Shown: positions 50,277-60,978 of the stretch, piece by piece
Numbering within the stretch: position 1 is the stretch's first letter
Layout: each line of letters opens with the position of its first letter
Assembly: GCA_022482925.1 (NCBI GenBank)
Contig: JAKVOG010000008.1
Location: 73,245 to 137,244 of the forward strand
DNA from: Selenomonas sp.
GTDB taxonomy: Bacteria > Bacillota > Negativicutes > Selenomonadales > Selenomonadaceae
DNA length: 64,000 nucleotides
Reading direction: 5' to 3'
Notes under the pieces: generated by a model
Seen by the model: only the letters and a program-made list of their open reading frames with translations
Databases searched by the model: none
What the model was told of the DNA's origin: nothing
Program-made: the position numbers and the translations under genes

Positions 50277-51644
50277 ATGTCAATACGTGTCAGCAGCAAT
50301 CAGATGGTTGCAAACTACCAGCAGCAGCTGAATGGTGCCAACAGCCGTCAGACGAAGCTGATGGAGCAGGGCGATGGCAGCAAACTGCATCGGCCATCGG
50401 ATGATTCGGTAGCCTATGCGAAATATCTGCGCTATGATATTTCCAGCAATGAGAATACACAGTATCAGAATAACGTCAGTACCGCAGTATCCTGGATGAA
50501 GACCTCGGATGCAGCATTAGTCAATATGACTTCAATCCAGACGACCTTTAAGGAAAAGACGGTTGCTGCGGCTAACTCGACCAATAATACGAGTGATATG
50601 CAGGCAACCGGTAAAGAGATGCTGGCAGAGATCCAGGAAATGGTTTCTTTGGGCAATACGCAGCAGGGAGATCGCTATGTGTTCTCCGGTCAGTCGGATC
50701 TGACGCAGCCGTTCACGATGTCGACGGAGACTGTTGATCGTGGACTGGCAAAGACATTGGATGATACGCAGGCGGCATTCTTCAATACAACGGACAATAA
50801 AGGCAGCATGACACAGATGCTTACGATGACCGGCAGCGATGGCAATACGTACTATCTCAATACGACAAATGGCAAGCTTTATTCGAAAGACTTTGTCGAC
50901 AGTGGCTATAAAGATAAGATAGCTGGCGGACAGACAACGGTTCAGGATGGTGACGAAGTCGGTACGATTTCAGGCTTTGGTACGACCTATAAAGTGTCGG
51001 ACTACTTCCAGAATACAGGGAAAATCAAGACAGGAACGGATGTCACGACTGCAGCCTCGGCAGCTTTAAAGGGCGTGTCCGTGACAACGAAGGATACATC
51101 GGGAACTGCAACAACAAGTACGGTTGATTTTTCCTTTAAGACAATATCGCAGAATATTGTTACCTATAACGGCGATGAGAAACATATCTCGATGGTCAAG
51201 CAGAATGGAGCCGTTGACCCGGCTTCGGATACGGTCAATGTGACCGGTTCGGAGATTTTTGGCAGCGATATCTTTGATAATTCAAGCTCAGGCAACAGCG
51301 TTTCCGGGTCGGCGATGCTCAACAATATGCTGACCGTCTATACGAAAACAAATGCTGCCGATAATACCTGGCTGACTACAGACGGGCAGACGCTGTCAGA
51401 TACGGCCCATTCTACGACGGTCAATATCGAGGGGAAACTGGGCGCACGACAGGCACTGTACACATCGGTATCGACGATGCTGGATAACCAGAGCGAGATC
51501 ATTACCTCGGATATCACGGATGTGAGTTCGACGGATGTCGCAGCCCTGGCAGTAAAGCTCATGCAGGAGCAGACCATCTACAATATGAGCCTGTCGCTCG
51601 GAGCGCGGATCCTGCCGAAGTCCCTGTCAGATTATCTGTCCTGA
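50277..51644 (+). CDS. flgL: Hook-associated protein 3
   Basis: KLHRPSDD, GDRYVFSG, ILPKSLSDYL. Confidence 0.95.
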   Translation: MSIRVSSNQMVANYQQQLNGANSRQTKLMEQGDGSKLHRPSDDSVAYAKYLRYDISSNENTQYQNNVSTAVSWMKTSDAALVNMTSIQTTFKEKTVAAANSTNNTSDMQATGKEMLAEIQEMVSLGNTQQGDRYVFSGQSDLTQPFTMSTETVDRGLAKTLDDTQAAFFNTTDNKGSMTQMLTMTGSDGNTYYLNTTNGKLYSKDFVDSGYKDKIAGGQTTVQDGDEVGTISGFGTTYKVSDYFQNTGKIKTGTDVTTAASAALKGVSVTTKDTSGTATTSTVDFSFKTISQNIVTYNGDEKHISMVKQNGAVDPASDTVNVTGSEIFGSDIFDNSSSGNSVSGSAMLNNMLTVYTKTNAADNTWLTTDGQTLSDTAHSTTVNIEGKLGARQALYTSVSTMLDNQSEIITSDITDVSSTDVAALAVKLMQEQTIYNMSLSLGARILPKSLSDYLS

Positions 51645-51732
51645 TGGATAGCGCAATCTTTTAAAAAATAGTATAATAGGGTAAAGTTAACGGATTAGCA
51701 GGATTTTTTCCTAGGGAAAGGGTGAAGAATCT

Positions 51733-52311
51733 ATGCTGCGACTGAATATGCGGACTACCCAGCCTATGATAGGCATGCATACGCAGCTTGGTAAGCTGGA
51801 AGCGCACATGACACCGGCAAAACTGCATACAGAGAATAGACAGGCCCGGTCGAATGCCCATTGGACCCAGCCGTCATTGGATATTGATACCTACCCTAGC
51901 CGTCATTCCTATGGATATACGAATCACGAAGATTTTGCGAGAGAACATGGTCAGCAAGGTCTCAGTGATGTTCAATCAGCAGATTCAGAAGCGACGCAGC
52001 AGGCGTGGGCCAATATCGATAATGGCGGGGTGCCCGGACGGCGTCCTGCAATCGAGCATTATGCTAATAAGCTCGATCAGGAGATCAGCAAGCAGCGTTA
52101 CATCGTGGCGGAGGCTATTCCTGATCCTCAGATCACATTTACGCCAATAAAGGCGGAAGGGGAAGCGACTCCTGGTGATGTTACGGAGCAGATCGATACC
52201 GAGGCCTTTGCCCAGACGAATTTTACGCCGGGGCAGGTCGAAATCTATATGCAGCAGAAACCAGACGTCAAGCGTTGGGTTACCGAAGGAAAATACGATA
52301 TCTATGCATGA
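51733..52311 (+). CDS. DUF6470/YviE-like flagellar-cluster protein
   Basis: Position between flgL and fliW; PSLDID and GQVEIYMQQKP motifs. Confidence 0.75.
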   Translation: MLRLNMRTTQPMIGMHTQLGKLEAHMTPAKLHTENRQARSNAHWTQPSLDIDTYPSRHSYGYTNHEDFAREHGQQGLSDVQSADSEATQQAWANIDNGGVPGRRPAIEHYANKLDQEISKQRYIVAEAIPDPQITFTPIKAEGEATPGDVTEQIDTEAFAQTNFTPGQVEIYMQQKPDVKRWVTEGKYDIYA

Positions 52312-52346
52312 ACCCGTGAGTTCATGCAGAGTTGGAGGCATGACAA

Positions 52347-52793
52347 ATGAAAAAGGTCAACACGTTACGGTTTGGCGAGATTGAAGTAGACGAAGACAAG
52401 ATTGTTCATTTTGCAGATGGTATACCAGCCTTTGAGGACGAGCATGAGTTCCTGATCATTCCTTATGATGAGGAGAGTCCCTATGTGTTCCTGCAGTCTT
52501 TATCGACACCGGAGCTGGCCTTCCTCATGACGGTGCCGTTCGTATTCTTCCCGGCGTATGAGTTTGAGCTGGATGATGCGAATCAGACCAAGCTCGGACT
52601 GACCCGGCAGGAAGACATGGTTGTCTACACACTGCTGACGATTCCGGCTGGCCAGGTTGAAGCTATGACAGCCAACCTTATGGCACCAATCGTATTGAAC
52701 CAGGCCAACATGCAGGCTCGTCAGATTGTGCTGGATAAAAGCCGCTATACCACGAAGCATAGATTGTTTCCAGTGAAGAAGGAGGACAAATAA
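52347..52793 (+). CDS. fliW: Flagellar assembly factor, CsrA antagonist
   Basis: TLRFGEI, GIPAFE, LQSL, TANLMAPIV. Confidence 0.96.
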   Translation: MKKVNTLRFGEIEVDEDKIVHFADGIPAFEDEHEFLIIPYDEESPYVFLQSLSTPELAFLMTVPFVFFPAYEFELDDANQTKLGLTRQEDMVVYTLLTIPAGQVEAMTANLMAPIVLNQANMQARQIVLDKSRYTTKHRLFPVKKEDK

Positions 52794-53020
52794 TGCTCGT
52801 ACTTACCCGTAAACCACGTCAGCAGATCATGATTGGTGACAATATCGTCATCAATGTCGTCGAGGTGCAGGGCGACAATGTCCGCATCGCCATCGATGCG
52901 CCAAAGGAAATCAAGATCTATCGCGGTGAGATCTATCGCGCCATTCAGGAAGAAAACCAAAAAGCAGCGGCTCCGGCTCCAACGGATCTGGATCTGAGTC
53001 AGGCCCTGCCTAAAGAATAA
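52793..53020 (+). CDS. csrA: Carbon storage regulator
   Basis: MLVLTRK...IMIGDNI...VRIAIDAPKEIKIYRGE. Confidence 0.97.
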   Translation: MLVLTRKPRQQIMIGDNIVINVVEVQGDNVRIAIDAPKEIKIYRGEIYRAIQEENQKAAAPAPTDLDLSQALPKE

Positions 53021-53050
53021 AGTCATTTATTTATCTATGGAGGGATTACA

Positions 53051-53503
53051 ATGATAGGGAAAGTCCAGGATATGGTGACAGCAGCCATTGTAGTTGGTGC
53101 GGCCGATAAGGTCAGCAGCGACAACTCAGCCGTCAGCACGCAGAATGCCAATTCACAGCAGGGGATTGCCAGTGATCTGTCGCATGTCTCAGCTTCACAG
53201 CAGGTACAGCAGACGGATCAGGCAAATACAGATTCAAAAGATAAGCAGAACAAGAAGGATAAGGACAATCAGCTGATGGATGAGAAGTCCGTCAATCTGA
53301 TGACCAAAGAGCTTAACGAGCTTATGAGCAAGATCAATTGCGATTTAGAGTTCAGCTACCATAAGGAAGTCAACCTGATGTCCGTCAAGATGATTGACAA
53401 GAATACGCAGGAAGTACTGAAGGAAATGCCACCGGAATCGATGATCAAGCATATGATGGCAGCGAAGGATTGGCTGGGAGCGTTCCTGGACAAGAATGCC
53501 TGA
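53051..53503 (+). CDS. flaG: FlaG protein
   Basis: LEFSYH...VKMID..T.EVLKEMPPE...FLDK.A. Confidence 0.92.
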   Translation: MIGKVQDMVTAAIVVGAADKVSSDNSAVSTQNANSQQGIASDLSHVSASQQVQQTDQANTDSKDKQNKKDKDNQLMDEKSVNLMTKELNELMSKINCDLEFSYHKEVNLMSVKMIDKNTQEVLKEMPPESMIKHMMAAKDWLGAFLDKNA

Positions 53504-53516
53504 GGAGGTGTGAAAA

Positions 53517-55277
53517 ATGAGCACACATGGAATCTATGGTTTATCCGGTTCGGGCATCGATGTGGAGTCGATGGTCAAGGTCGGGATGATGACCAAGCAG
53601 AGCCAATATGATAAGTTGTATAAAAAAGAAGTCAAGAATGAGTGGATTAAGGATGCTTATTCCAGCGTCTATTCAGACCTGCAGACATTCAACAGCTCAA
53701 CGATGTCGAGCTATAAGATGTCGTCGAAAACGAACCCGATGCTGGCGGCCAGCACGACTTCGACGGTGGCATCGGCTACCGCCAATGCAGATGCGGCCAG
53801 CATGTCGCATAGCGTAACGGTTACGCAGCTTGCCAGCAATGCCTATATGCAGTCGACGGAGGCGGTTACCAGAGCAGCCAGTACGACGGATAAGACGAGC
53901 ACCAGTATTTATCTGACGGATGTCCTCTATAATGCCACGGATCTGGCGACGCAGAAGGCCGCCTATACGAAGATGTCAGATGAGGAGAAGTCGCAGGTGG
54001 CGTTGAGCTTCACCATCAGTGATGGTGATTCTGACAACACCGGGACGAATAAGAAGAACATCAATTTTACTTATGCGGATTTGTTTGGCAGCAACCAGAC
54101 ACTCAATGATCTGGCATCGAAGATCAAGAACTCGGGTGTCAATATCGCCGCGCAGTATGATTCGACGAATAATTCGTTCAGTCTCTACAATAAAGATGGA
54201 GGCGCCTCCAATCAGATCAATCTGTCGGTTACCAGCTATGATGCGGCGACGACAACCAATGGAGTTACCTATTCCGCTTCGGCCGATGAGGCGGCGCGGA
54301 CATTGCTCAATAACCTGCATCTTGGCGCTGTCCATACGGTGACAGCAGCTGAGGCCGCAGCGGATTCGAGTCTCACCGCCGGTACTACGACGTTAGGCCA
54401 GGCGGCGACCTTCAGCGCCGGAGATACCACGGCGGTTTCGGTGTCAGGGACAGATGCAAAGGTCACGATCGATGGCAAGTCGTATACGTCAGACAGCAAT
54501 AAGCTCTCGGTCGCCAATGTCACCTATACGCTGGCGTCCACCGGAACGACCAATGTGACGGTCTCGCAGGATACGGATACCCTCATCAGCAATGTCAAGC
54601 AGTTCGTGACGGACTACAACAAGATGCTCGATGAACTCAATACGAAGTATAATGAGACGCAGTATTCGACCTATGATGTGCTCACGAAGTCGCAGGAAAG
54701 CTCAATGACGGCTGATCAGATCACGAAGTGGAACGAGAAAGCCAAATCCGGCCTGCTCTATCATGACAAGAATATCGGCAATATCATCAGCTCGATGCGT
54801 GAGGCCATCTATACACCAGTGGAGTCCGTAGACAGCGACTACAATACGATGATGTCGATCGGAATCACCTCGTCAACGGATCAGGGACATCTGACGCTGG
54901 ACGAAGACAAACTCAAGAAGGCACTGGCGGCGGACCCGGATAGCGTGTATCAGCTGTTTGCCTCCTCGGGTGAGGTGACGGACAGTGCTGGCAAGACTAC
55001 GACGAACTATGATAAGGAAGGCGTAGTCAACCGCATCTATGATAAGGTCAATACGGGTATGTCTGTGATGAAGGATTATGCGGGGACCTCTACCTCAACT
55101 TCGGATGACAGCACGCTGGGCGAGCTGATCCGTGACCTCAAGACGAAGATGAGTGACTTCAAGACACAGATGGATGCCTATGAGGACAAGCTGTTCGATA
55201 AATATGACGCCATGGAGACCGCAATCCAGAAGCTCAGTGCTTCGATGAACTATGTCACCGGCAGCACCAGCAGCTGA
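53517..55277 (+). CDS. fliD: Filament cap protein
   Basis: GLSGSGIDVESMV, VTQLA, FVTDYN, LDEDKLKKAL, KYDAMETAI. Confidence 0.96.
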   Translation: MSTHGIYGLSGSGIDVESMVKVGMMTKQSQYDKLYKKEVKNEWIKDAYSSVYSDLQTFNSSTMSSYKMSSKTNPMLAASTTSTVASATANADAASMSHSVTVTQLASNAYMQSTEAVTRAASTTDKTSTSIYLTDVLYNATDLATQKAAYTKMSDEEKSQVALSFTISDGDSDNTGTNKKNINFTYADLFGSNQTLNDLASKIKNSGVNIAAQYDSTNNSFSLYNKDGGASNQINLSVTSYDAATTTNGVTYSASADEAARTLLNNLHLGAVHTVTAAEAAADSSLTAGTTTLGQAATFSAGDTTAVSVSGTDAKVTIDGKSYTSDSNKLSVANVTYTLASTGTTNVTVSQDTDTLISNVKQFVTDYNKMLDELNTKYNETQYSTYDVLTKSQESSMTADQITKWNEKAKSGLLYHDKNIGNIISSMREAIYTPVESVDSDYNTMMSIGITSSTDQGHLTLDEDKLKKALAADPDSVYQLFASSGEVTDSAGKTTTNYDKEGVVNRIYDKVNTGMSVMKDYAGTSTSTSDDSTLGELIRDLKTKMSDFKTQMDAYEDKLFDKYDAMETAIQKLSASMNYVTGSTSS

Positions 55278-55313
55278 TTCACAGGATATTAGCAACAAAC
55301 AGGGGGCAATCAA

Positions 55314-55724
55314 ATGGTAAACGCAGCGGAAGCCTATAAGCGGCAGCAGATCATGACCGCGACGCCGGAGGCATTGACGCTTATGCTCTATAATGGCTGC
55401 CTGAAATTCATGAATGAGGGCATGGAAGCCATAGAGAAGAAGGACTTCGAACAGGCAAATACGTCAATCCAGAAGGCGGAGAACATCATATCGGAGTTCC
55501 GGATCACGCTCGATATGCAGTATGATATCGCCAAGCAGCTGTTGCCGCTCTACAACTACACCTACGACCGGCTGGTCGAGGGCAATCTGAAGAGTGATGC
55601 CACGATGATCCGGGAAGCCAAAGACATCATTACCGAGCTGCGCGATGCCTGGGCACAGGCCATGAAGAAAGCCCGCCAGGATAAGGGGACGCAGAAAGCT
55701 CAGGGCAGCAGCTATGTCGGCTGA
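55314..55724 (+). CDS. fliS: Flagellin export chaperone
   Basis: IMTATPEALTLMLYNG, ELRDAW. Confidence 0.96.
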   Translation: MVNAAEAYKRQQIMTATPEALTLMLYNGCLKFMNEGMEAIEKKDFEQANTSIQKAENIISEFRITLDMQYDIAKQLLPLYNYTYDRLVEGNLKSDATMIREAKDIITELRDAWAQAMKKARQDKGTQKAQGSSYVG

Positions 55725-56067
55725 AGCAGCTGCCATGGAGCAGGCAAAGGCGAACTGGCAGCTCTATCTGACGCTGAGTCAGGAGCTGCTCAAGTTCATT
55801 GACCAGAATGATATCGATGAATTCCTGGAGCTTGAGCGGCAGCGCAGCATCGTGGTCGGGCGCATGAAGGCCTTGCCGGAGACGGAGATCTTCCGTCAGA
55901 CGGATGAGTGCCGGGCGCTCGTGGCGAAGATCAGGCCGCTTGACATGCAGATCCTATACAAGGCGAAGTCGTGGCTGAATAAGTCCAGGCAGCAGAATGC
56001 CACGGTCCGGTCCTATGATCTGCAGTCGTTTAATCCCTTGGGCAACCTGGTGAACCGCAAGTATTAA
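55714..56067 (+). CDS. FliT-like protein
   Basis: Helical 117 aa directly after fliS; call rests mainly on position. Confidence 0.6.
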   Translation: MSAEAAAMEQAKANWQLYLTLSQELLKFIDQNDIDEFLELERQRSIVVGRMKALPETEIFRQTDECRALVAKIRPLDMQILYKAKSWLNKSRQQNATVRSYDLQSFNPLGNLVNRKY

Positions 56068-56102
56068 AGCCGAAAAAAATCAAAAAAAAAGTAAAAAAAC
56101 AC

Positions 56103-56130
56103 TTAAGGAAATCGGAATAGCATCCGATAT
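56103..56130 (+). promoter_or_regulatory. Sigma-28 (SigD/FliA) promoter of flagellin
   Basis: TTAA-16 nt-TCCGATAT. Confidence 0.88.
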
Positions 56131-56159
56131 ATATAGTGTAAGGCAAGATAATAGGTAAG

Positions 56160-56291
56160 CAGCAACGGATGGTCTCGGTCAGCTAGCAGCCCGTGCACCA
56201 GCCGGAACGGCTTGCTATTATATAATGAATGGCGGTCATGGATGGCCGCTCCCCAATAATAATAACTGTTTAATCAGGGAGGAATTTTATC
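56160..56291 (+). promoter_or_regulatory. Flagellin leader with putative CsrA sites
   Basis: ACGGA near 56165; hairpin gcggtca-TGGA-tggccgc near 56232-56249; CAGGGAGGA overlapping the SD. Confidence 0.7.
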
Positions 56292-58673
56292 ATGGCAATG
56301 GTAGTAAAAAACAACATGTCGGCAATCAATACGCTGAACACTCTGAACAAGAACTCGTCCGCTCTTTCCAAGAGCCTGCAGAAAGTATCTTCGGGCATGA
56401 AGATCAACTCCGCAGCTGACGATGCATCCGGCTATGCCATCTCCGAGCGTATGCGTGTGCAGATCCGTTCTCTGGATCAGGCCAACAGCAACACCCAGAA
56501 CGGCAGCAGCATGATGAAGGTCGCTGAGGGCGCAGTCTCCAGCACCGTCGATATCCTGAAGACGCTTAAAGAGAAAGTCATCAATGCATCCAACGATACG
56601 AATACGGATTCGGATCGTCAGACGATCCAGAAGGAACTCGACCAGTCCATCGACCAGATCGATGACAATGCCAATGTTACCTTCAATGGCAAATACCTTG
56701 TGGATGGCTCCAAGAACACGGCAGGCAAGGCAACTTACACGGCTTTGACGAACCAGAGCCTGGCAACGGATACGAATGCCGATACGAAGCTGACGGCACT
56801 CAAATCGCGCAGCGGCGACGGATTGGAACTTGCCTCCACGGATAAGCTCACGGTATCCTATGTGCAGGCTGGCAAGACCTATTCAACGACCTTTGAGGTC
56901 GGCGACAAAACGATGCAGGATATCTTCACGGCCGCTGAGGGTGTCGATACGGGCAGCAGTGTATTCGCAACTTCTTCCAATGACAGCGTCAAGGCAGCTG
57001 GCGGCACGGCTAATGCATCGAATGTGAGCGCTGAGTCGAAGGCAATCGAGTTGCTGAAATCGCAGCTCGCAAATGGAACAGGTGCCGATGCTACGGCTGT
57101 AGCAAAAAGTGCAGCAGGCTCTACTACGGGAGTGGCAGGAGGCAATATCAAAGGCTCTGCTACTCCAGCGGCGGATCTGACATTCAAGTCATATACAGAT
57201 GCAAACGGCGATGCTTATGGTGCTGGCACACTGTATACAGCAGTTATCGATGCGGATAAGACGTTAGGAAAAGCGGAAACGGCAATCGGCTCTTATACCA
57301 GTTCTACGAATACGGGTACTGGTACGGCTGGTACGCTCGGCACGGCTCTGACGAAAGCTGGCATTGCCTGGGATGGTACAGCGGCAACGCTGGAGGCATC
57401 CGATATGGCAGCCAAGCTGGAGACTGCATATGCCGACCCGACCAATGATGGCCTGAAAGAAGCAGTGGCAGCTTATCGCAGCGATGTATCTGACCTGGCG
57501 ACGGCCAAGACTGCAATGACGGATTCCGTTAAAGCCTATGAGACTGCCACCAAACAGCTGACAGCTCTTACGACGAATAAGACAGCAACGGATCAGCAGG
57601 CAACAGCAGATACCTATGCAGGCGCACTGAAGGCGACCATGAATGCCGGTTTGGATACGGCAACTCAGATTGCTTATAGTGATGTTGTGGTTAATGATGA
57701 TGGAACGCTTGGAACTGGCACGACTCATGCCGCAGCTGCTGCGACGGATACGCTTAGGACCGCAGCCAAGGAGGCTTATGCGAAGGCGTTGGATACGGTT
57801 GCCTCGAAGGTCGCATCGGGGGCCATGGCTGCTGGCAAGGCGAAGACAGCACTGCTCAACATCAATGCTGCGTTCATGGGTGGCGCGACTGGTGGAACCC
57901 AGATTAATTCGGCTACCTCTGGTGACAACTATGCAGCCGCGTTAGACACGCTGAAGACGGATAAAGCTGCTGTGACAACTGTAGCCGCAGACCTTAAGAG
58001 TGCGCAGGATAATGTCGTATCCAAATTCAGCGGTCCGGCAGTCCTGACTGGCTCGAATGTCGGCGTGAATGGCGCCGGTGAAGTTGTATCTACTGCCAAC
58101 GGCAACAATGCGATTACGCTTACGGCTAATGCCTCGGGCGTTGGCGGCCAGATCTCTGGCTTCAACATCAGCGTTTCTGATTCGAATGGCAATGTGAAGA
58201 AGTCGGCCAATGCATCGCTGGATGCTTTTGACGAGACAGTCCGTGCCCAGAATGAGTCCGCTGATAATGCCATTGCTTTGCAGGTCGGCTCCAAAGCGAA
58301 CCAGTCCATCAAAGTTGGTCTTACGGATATGCGTTCCGAGGCTCTCGGCCTGAAAGGTGCCGATGGCACGAAACTCAACATCTCGACGCAGACCAAGGCC
58401 AATGCGGCTGTCAATGTCCTTGACAATGCACTGCAGAAGGCACTGGATCAGCAGACCACGATCGGTTCCGTTGAGAGCCGTCTGGAATACACGTCCAGCA
58501 ACTTGACGACGGCCAGCTCGAATGTCCAGTCCTCCGAGTCCACGATTCGCGATGCGGATATGGCCAAGGAAATGACCGAGTACACGAAGAACAACGTACT
58601 CCTGCAGGCTGCACAGTCCATGCTGTCCCAGGCAAACCAGAACAGCTCCAGCGTTCTGAGCCTGCTGAAGTAA
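56292..58673 (+). CDS. fliC: Flagellin, large (793 aa)
   Basis: SSGMKINSAADDASGYAISE; LQVG; ESTIRDADMAKEM; NVLLQAAQSMLSQAN. Confidence 0.98.
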   Translation: MAMVVKNNMSAINTLNTLNKNSSALSKSLQKVSSGMKINSAADDASGYAISERMRVQIRSLDQANSNTQNGSSMMKVAEGAVSSTVDILKTLKEKVINASNDTNTDSDRQTIQKELDQSIDQIDDNANVTFNGKYLVDGSKNTAGKATYTALTNQSLATDTNADTKLTALKSRSGDGLELASTDKLTVSYVQAGKTYSTTFEVGDKTMQDIFTAAEGVDTGSSVFATSSNDSVKAAGGTANASNVSAESKAIELLKSQLANGTGADATAVAKSAAGSTTGVAGGNIKGSATPAADLTFKSYTDANGDAYGAGTLYTAVIDADKTLGKAETAIGSYTSSTNTGTGTAGTLGTALTKAGIAWDGTAATLEASDMAAKLETAYADPTNDGLKEAVAAYRSDVSDLATAKTAMTDSVKAYETATKQLTALTTNKTATDQQATADTYAGALKATMNAGLDTATQIAYSDVVVNDDGTLGTGTTHAAAAATDTLRTAAKEAYAKALDTVASKVASGAMAAGKAKTALLNINAAFMGGATGGTQINSATSGDNYAAALDTLKTDKAAVTTVAADLKSAQDNVVSKFSGPAVLTGSNVGVNGAGEVVSTANGNNAITLTANASGVGGQISGFNISVSDSNGNVKKSANASLDAFDETVRAQNESADNAIALQVGSKANQSIKVGLTDMRSEALGLKGADGTKLNISTQTKANAAVNVLDNALQKALDQQTTIGSVESRLEYTSSNLTTASSNVQSSESTIRDADMAKEMTEYTKNNVLLQAAQSMLSQANQNSSSVLSLLK

Positions 58674-58695
58674 GCAAAGTTCATAAGATCTACAG

Positions 58696-58724
58696 AAAGC
58701 CTCCCTTCGGGGAGGCTTTTTTTT
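58696..58724 (+). terminator. Flagellin terminator
   Basis: aaagcctccc-ttcg-gggaggc followed by T8. Confidence 0.93.
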
Positions 58725-58751
58725 GCATCAGCATGTAGCGGATGTTATAAT
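58723..58751 (+). promoter_or_regulatory. Sigma-70/A promoter of darTG
   Basis: TTGCAT-17 nt-TATAAT with a TG extension; -35 overlaps the terminator T-run. Confidence 0.7.
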
Positions 58752-59369
58752 GAGGGAAACAGTGAAATACATTGTGAGCCCAAACGTTAGGTTGAAATAT
58801 ATGAAGGGGATAGCTATGGATAATGCAGAAATCTATCATATGACCTATATAGGAAATTTGTACAATATCTTGTCAAAAGGTGTTATCTTGTCCAAGAATA
58901 TGATGCGGAATCGTAGTGTCCGATATCAAAGTATTGCGCACGAGGATATACAGGATAAGCGTGATCAGGTGGCTGTACCGTTGCCTCCAGAAGGGAATTT
59001 GCATGATTACGTGCCTTTTTATTTTACGCCTAGAACTCCGATGATGTATGCATTGCATAGGAGGAATGTTCCTTCTTATGAAGGTACTGATGAGGACATT
59101 GTGTACTTAAAGACATCTGTGCAGCATGTGATTTTATTAGGGGAACAATATGTCTTTACAGATGGGCATGCTATTATGGATTACGTGCGTTTTTTTAATT
59201 CTCCAGCAGATTTGAATGAGTTATACTGGAATATTATAAATGCAAAATATTGGAATGATTTTACTGATGGGCGGTGCAGACGACAAGCTGAATTTTTGGT
59301 GTTTCAGAGTCTTAGCCTATGTGCAATTGAAGAGATCGGAGTCAAGACGGAACGTATGAAAATAAAAGT

Positions 59370-60885
59370 GGCTCTTCACTAGCATATGTGGGTGAAACTA
59401 CCATTAAAAATCATCTTAACACCTTATGCCATATAGGCTGCTGGGCGATTTGGTAATGGGATGTTTATATCAGAGCAAACCAACAGTATCATATCGAGCA
59501 TATTATGGATATTCCGGAAGCCGAATGAGCGCCGGATTATCAGCTTGATTTTGTTATTGTTTGCTTCAATTCTGGCATTGCTGACCTGCTGGCGAATGGT
59601 GTTTAAGATGTGATTGCGGTGTCGCATGATTTTTCGCTGTAGTTCCACGAATTTCGGGATTCGACAGTGACGTGCCCATTTCACCCATTTGGTCAGTGCG
59701 GCATCCGCTTCATCGACGTCTGTCATATGAAAGATGAGTCGCAGTGCCTCCTTGATCTTGTATGCTCTATACAGTTGGTTATCTGACAGCTGTATCAGTT
59801 CCAGCTTGGCCTTCTGGGTTTCCGTCAGGTTTTCCGGAGCCTTTCCCAGTGCATAAGCAGCCCCCTTGATGGACGTTGCTTTCTGCTTGGCTGCGGCAGC
59901 TTCTACAGCGTGCGCATCATCCTTTTGCGGTCGACCGGTCTTCTCTGGTTTCGGCAAAGCCTTAACTACGGCCTGAGCTTCACGCCAGCTTTGTCTGCGC
60001 ACTGCATCCAGTGCATCCATGGCCCATTCCACAACATGGAATGCGTCGACGCAGCGCTCGCAGTTGGGCAGATACTTTTCCACGCACTCAGTGATCCACC
60101 GGGCACCATCAGCACTGACCACTTGAATGGATTCCCGCTGTTCCTGGCTCAGAAGTTCCATGAAGCGTGTAAGGACGGTCTTGCCCTTTCCCTCATGGGC
60201 CCAAACCACGGTATTGTTCTCGTGATTTACAACCACGGTAATGTACTTGTGCCCTTTACGGTAACTGGTCTCATCTATGCCGATAACTCTGAGTCCATCC
60301 AACCGTCCGCGCAGGTCCGGCTCGATATCTTTATGGACGCGGGATATGATTCTGCCGACAGTGTCCCAGGCGACACGCATATAGGCAGCTACAGCGCTCT
60401 TGTTGAGCTGTGTAGCCAGCCAGGCAGTGCTGTACTCGAACTCCTTGGTAAAGCCGGAGCCATGGAAAGCCCAGGGGACACTGGCAACGACCACACCATG
60501 TCGAGGACAGCAAATACGCTGACTGGTAGATTCTATTTCAACGATGATTCCGCCACAATCTAAGGCACGCCATTTGCGTGCAGCGCCATGATGGTCGTAG
60601 CCAGGACATTTCTGGTCGCAATGAGGGCAGCGATTTTGTAAGCGTTTATGCGGACGGGCTTTGATAAGGAGGCGCTGAACACCACGCTTGTCAGTCCAGG
60701 AATTGACATCTTTGATAACGATGTCCTTGACATTTAAGAGATTTTTGCATAAGGTAGAAGTAGAGACCATCTGTATCCTCCGTGATTAGTTGAGTAGGAA
60801 CTTCTATTTTACCACGGATACAGGTGGTTTTTATTTTTTTCAGTAATATTGCAGGCTATCTACCCACACATGGTAGTGAAGCCTC
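59370..60885 (-). mobile_element. ISL3-family insertion sequence with an 8-bp target duplication
   Basis: IRs ggctcttcactagcatatgtgggt / gaggcttcactaccatgtgtgggt; ataaaagt at 59362-59369 and 60886-60893. Confidence 0.95.
59424..60770 (-). CDS. ISL3-family transposase
   Basis: CPHC zinc finger, IGIDE, VSADG, VDAFHV, SNARIEANNNKIK. Confidence 0.96.
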   Translation of the reverse strand: MVSTSTLCKNLLNVKDIVIKDVNSWTDKRGVQRLLIKARPHKRLQNRCPHCDQKCPGYDHHGAARKWRALDCGGIIVEIESTSQRICCPRHGVVVASVPWAFHGSGFTKEFEYSTAWLATQLNKSAVAAYMRVAWDTVGRIISRVHKDIEPDLRGRLDGLRVIGIDETSYRKGHKYITVVVNHENNTVVWAHEGKGKTVLTRFMELLSQEQRESIQVVSADGARWITECVEKYLPNCERCVDAFHVVEWAMDALDAVRRQSWREAQAVVKALPKPEKTGRPQKDDAHAVEAAAAKQKATSIKGAAYALGKAPENLTETQKAKLELIQLSDNQLYRAYKIKEALRLIFHMTDVDEADAALTKWVKWARHCRIPKFVELQRKIMRHRNHILNTIRQQVSNARIEANNNKIKLIIRRSFGFRNIHNMLDMILLVCSDINIPLPNRPAAYMA

Positions 60886-60978
60886 ATAAAAGTTAACGAA
60901 TGTATTGCTCATACTGTATTTAATATCAGCGTATCGATTCATCCAGAGTGGTATTTTTGAGGGGGGGAGAAGTAGAAA

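Larger units (their letters stand above)
58816..60960 (+). pseudogene. darT: DarT ssDNA ADP-ribosyltransferase toxin (DUF4433) interrupted by ISL3
   Basis: YHMT, LHDYVPFYFTPRTPMMY, VFTDGHA, RRQAEFLV. Removing the IS restores ...KIKVNECIAHTVFNISVSIHPEWYF stop at 60960. Confidence 0.93.

Noticed and set aside
58723-58815. N-terminal extension of DarT in the ORF track
   Set aside because: The TTG start overlaps the terminator and promoter; the RBS and family homology point to ATG 58816.
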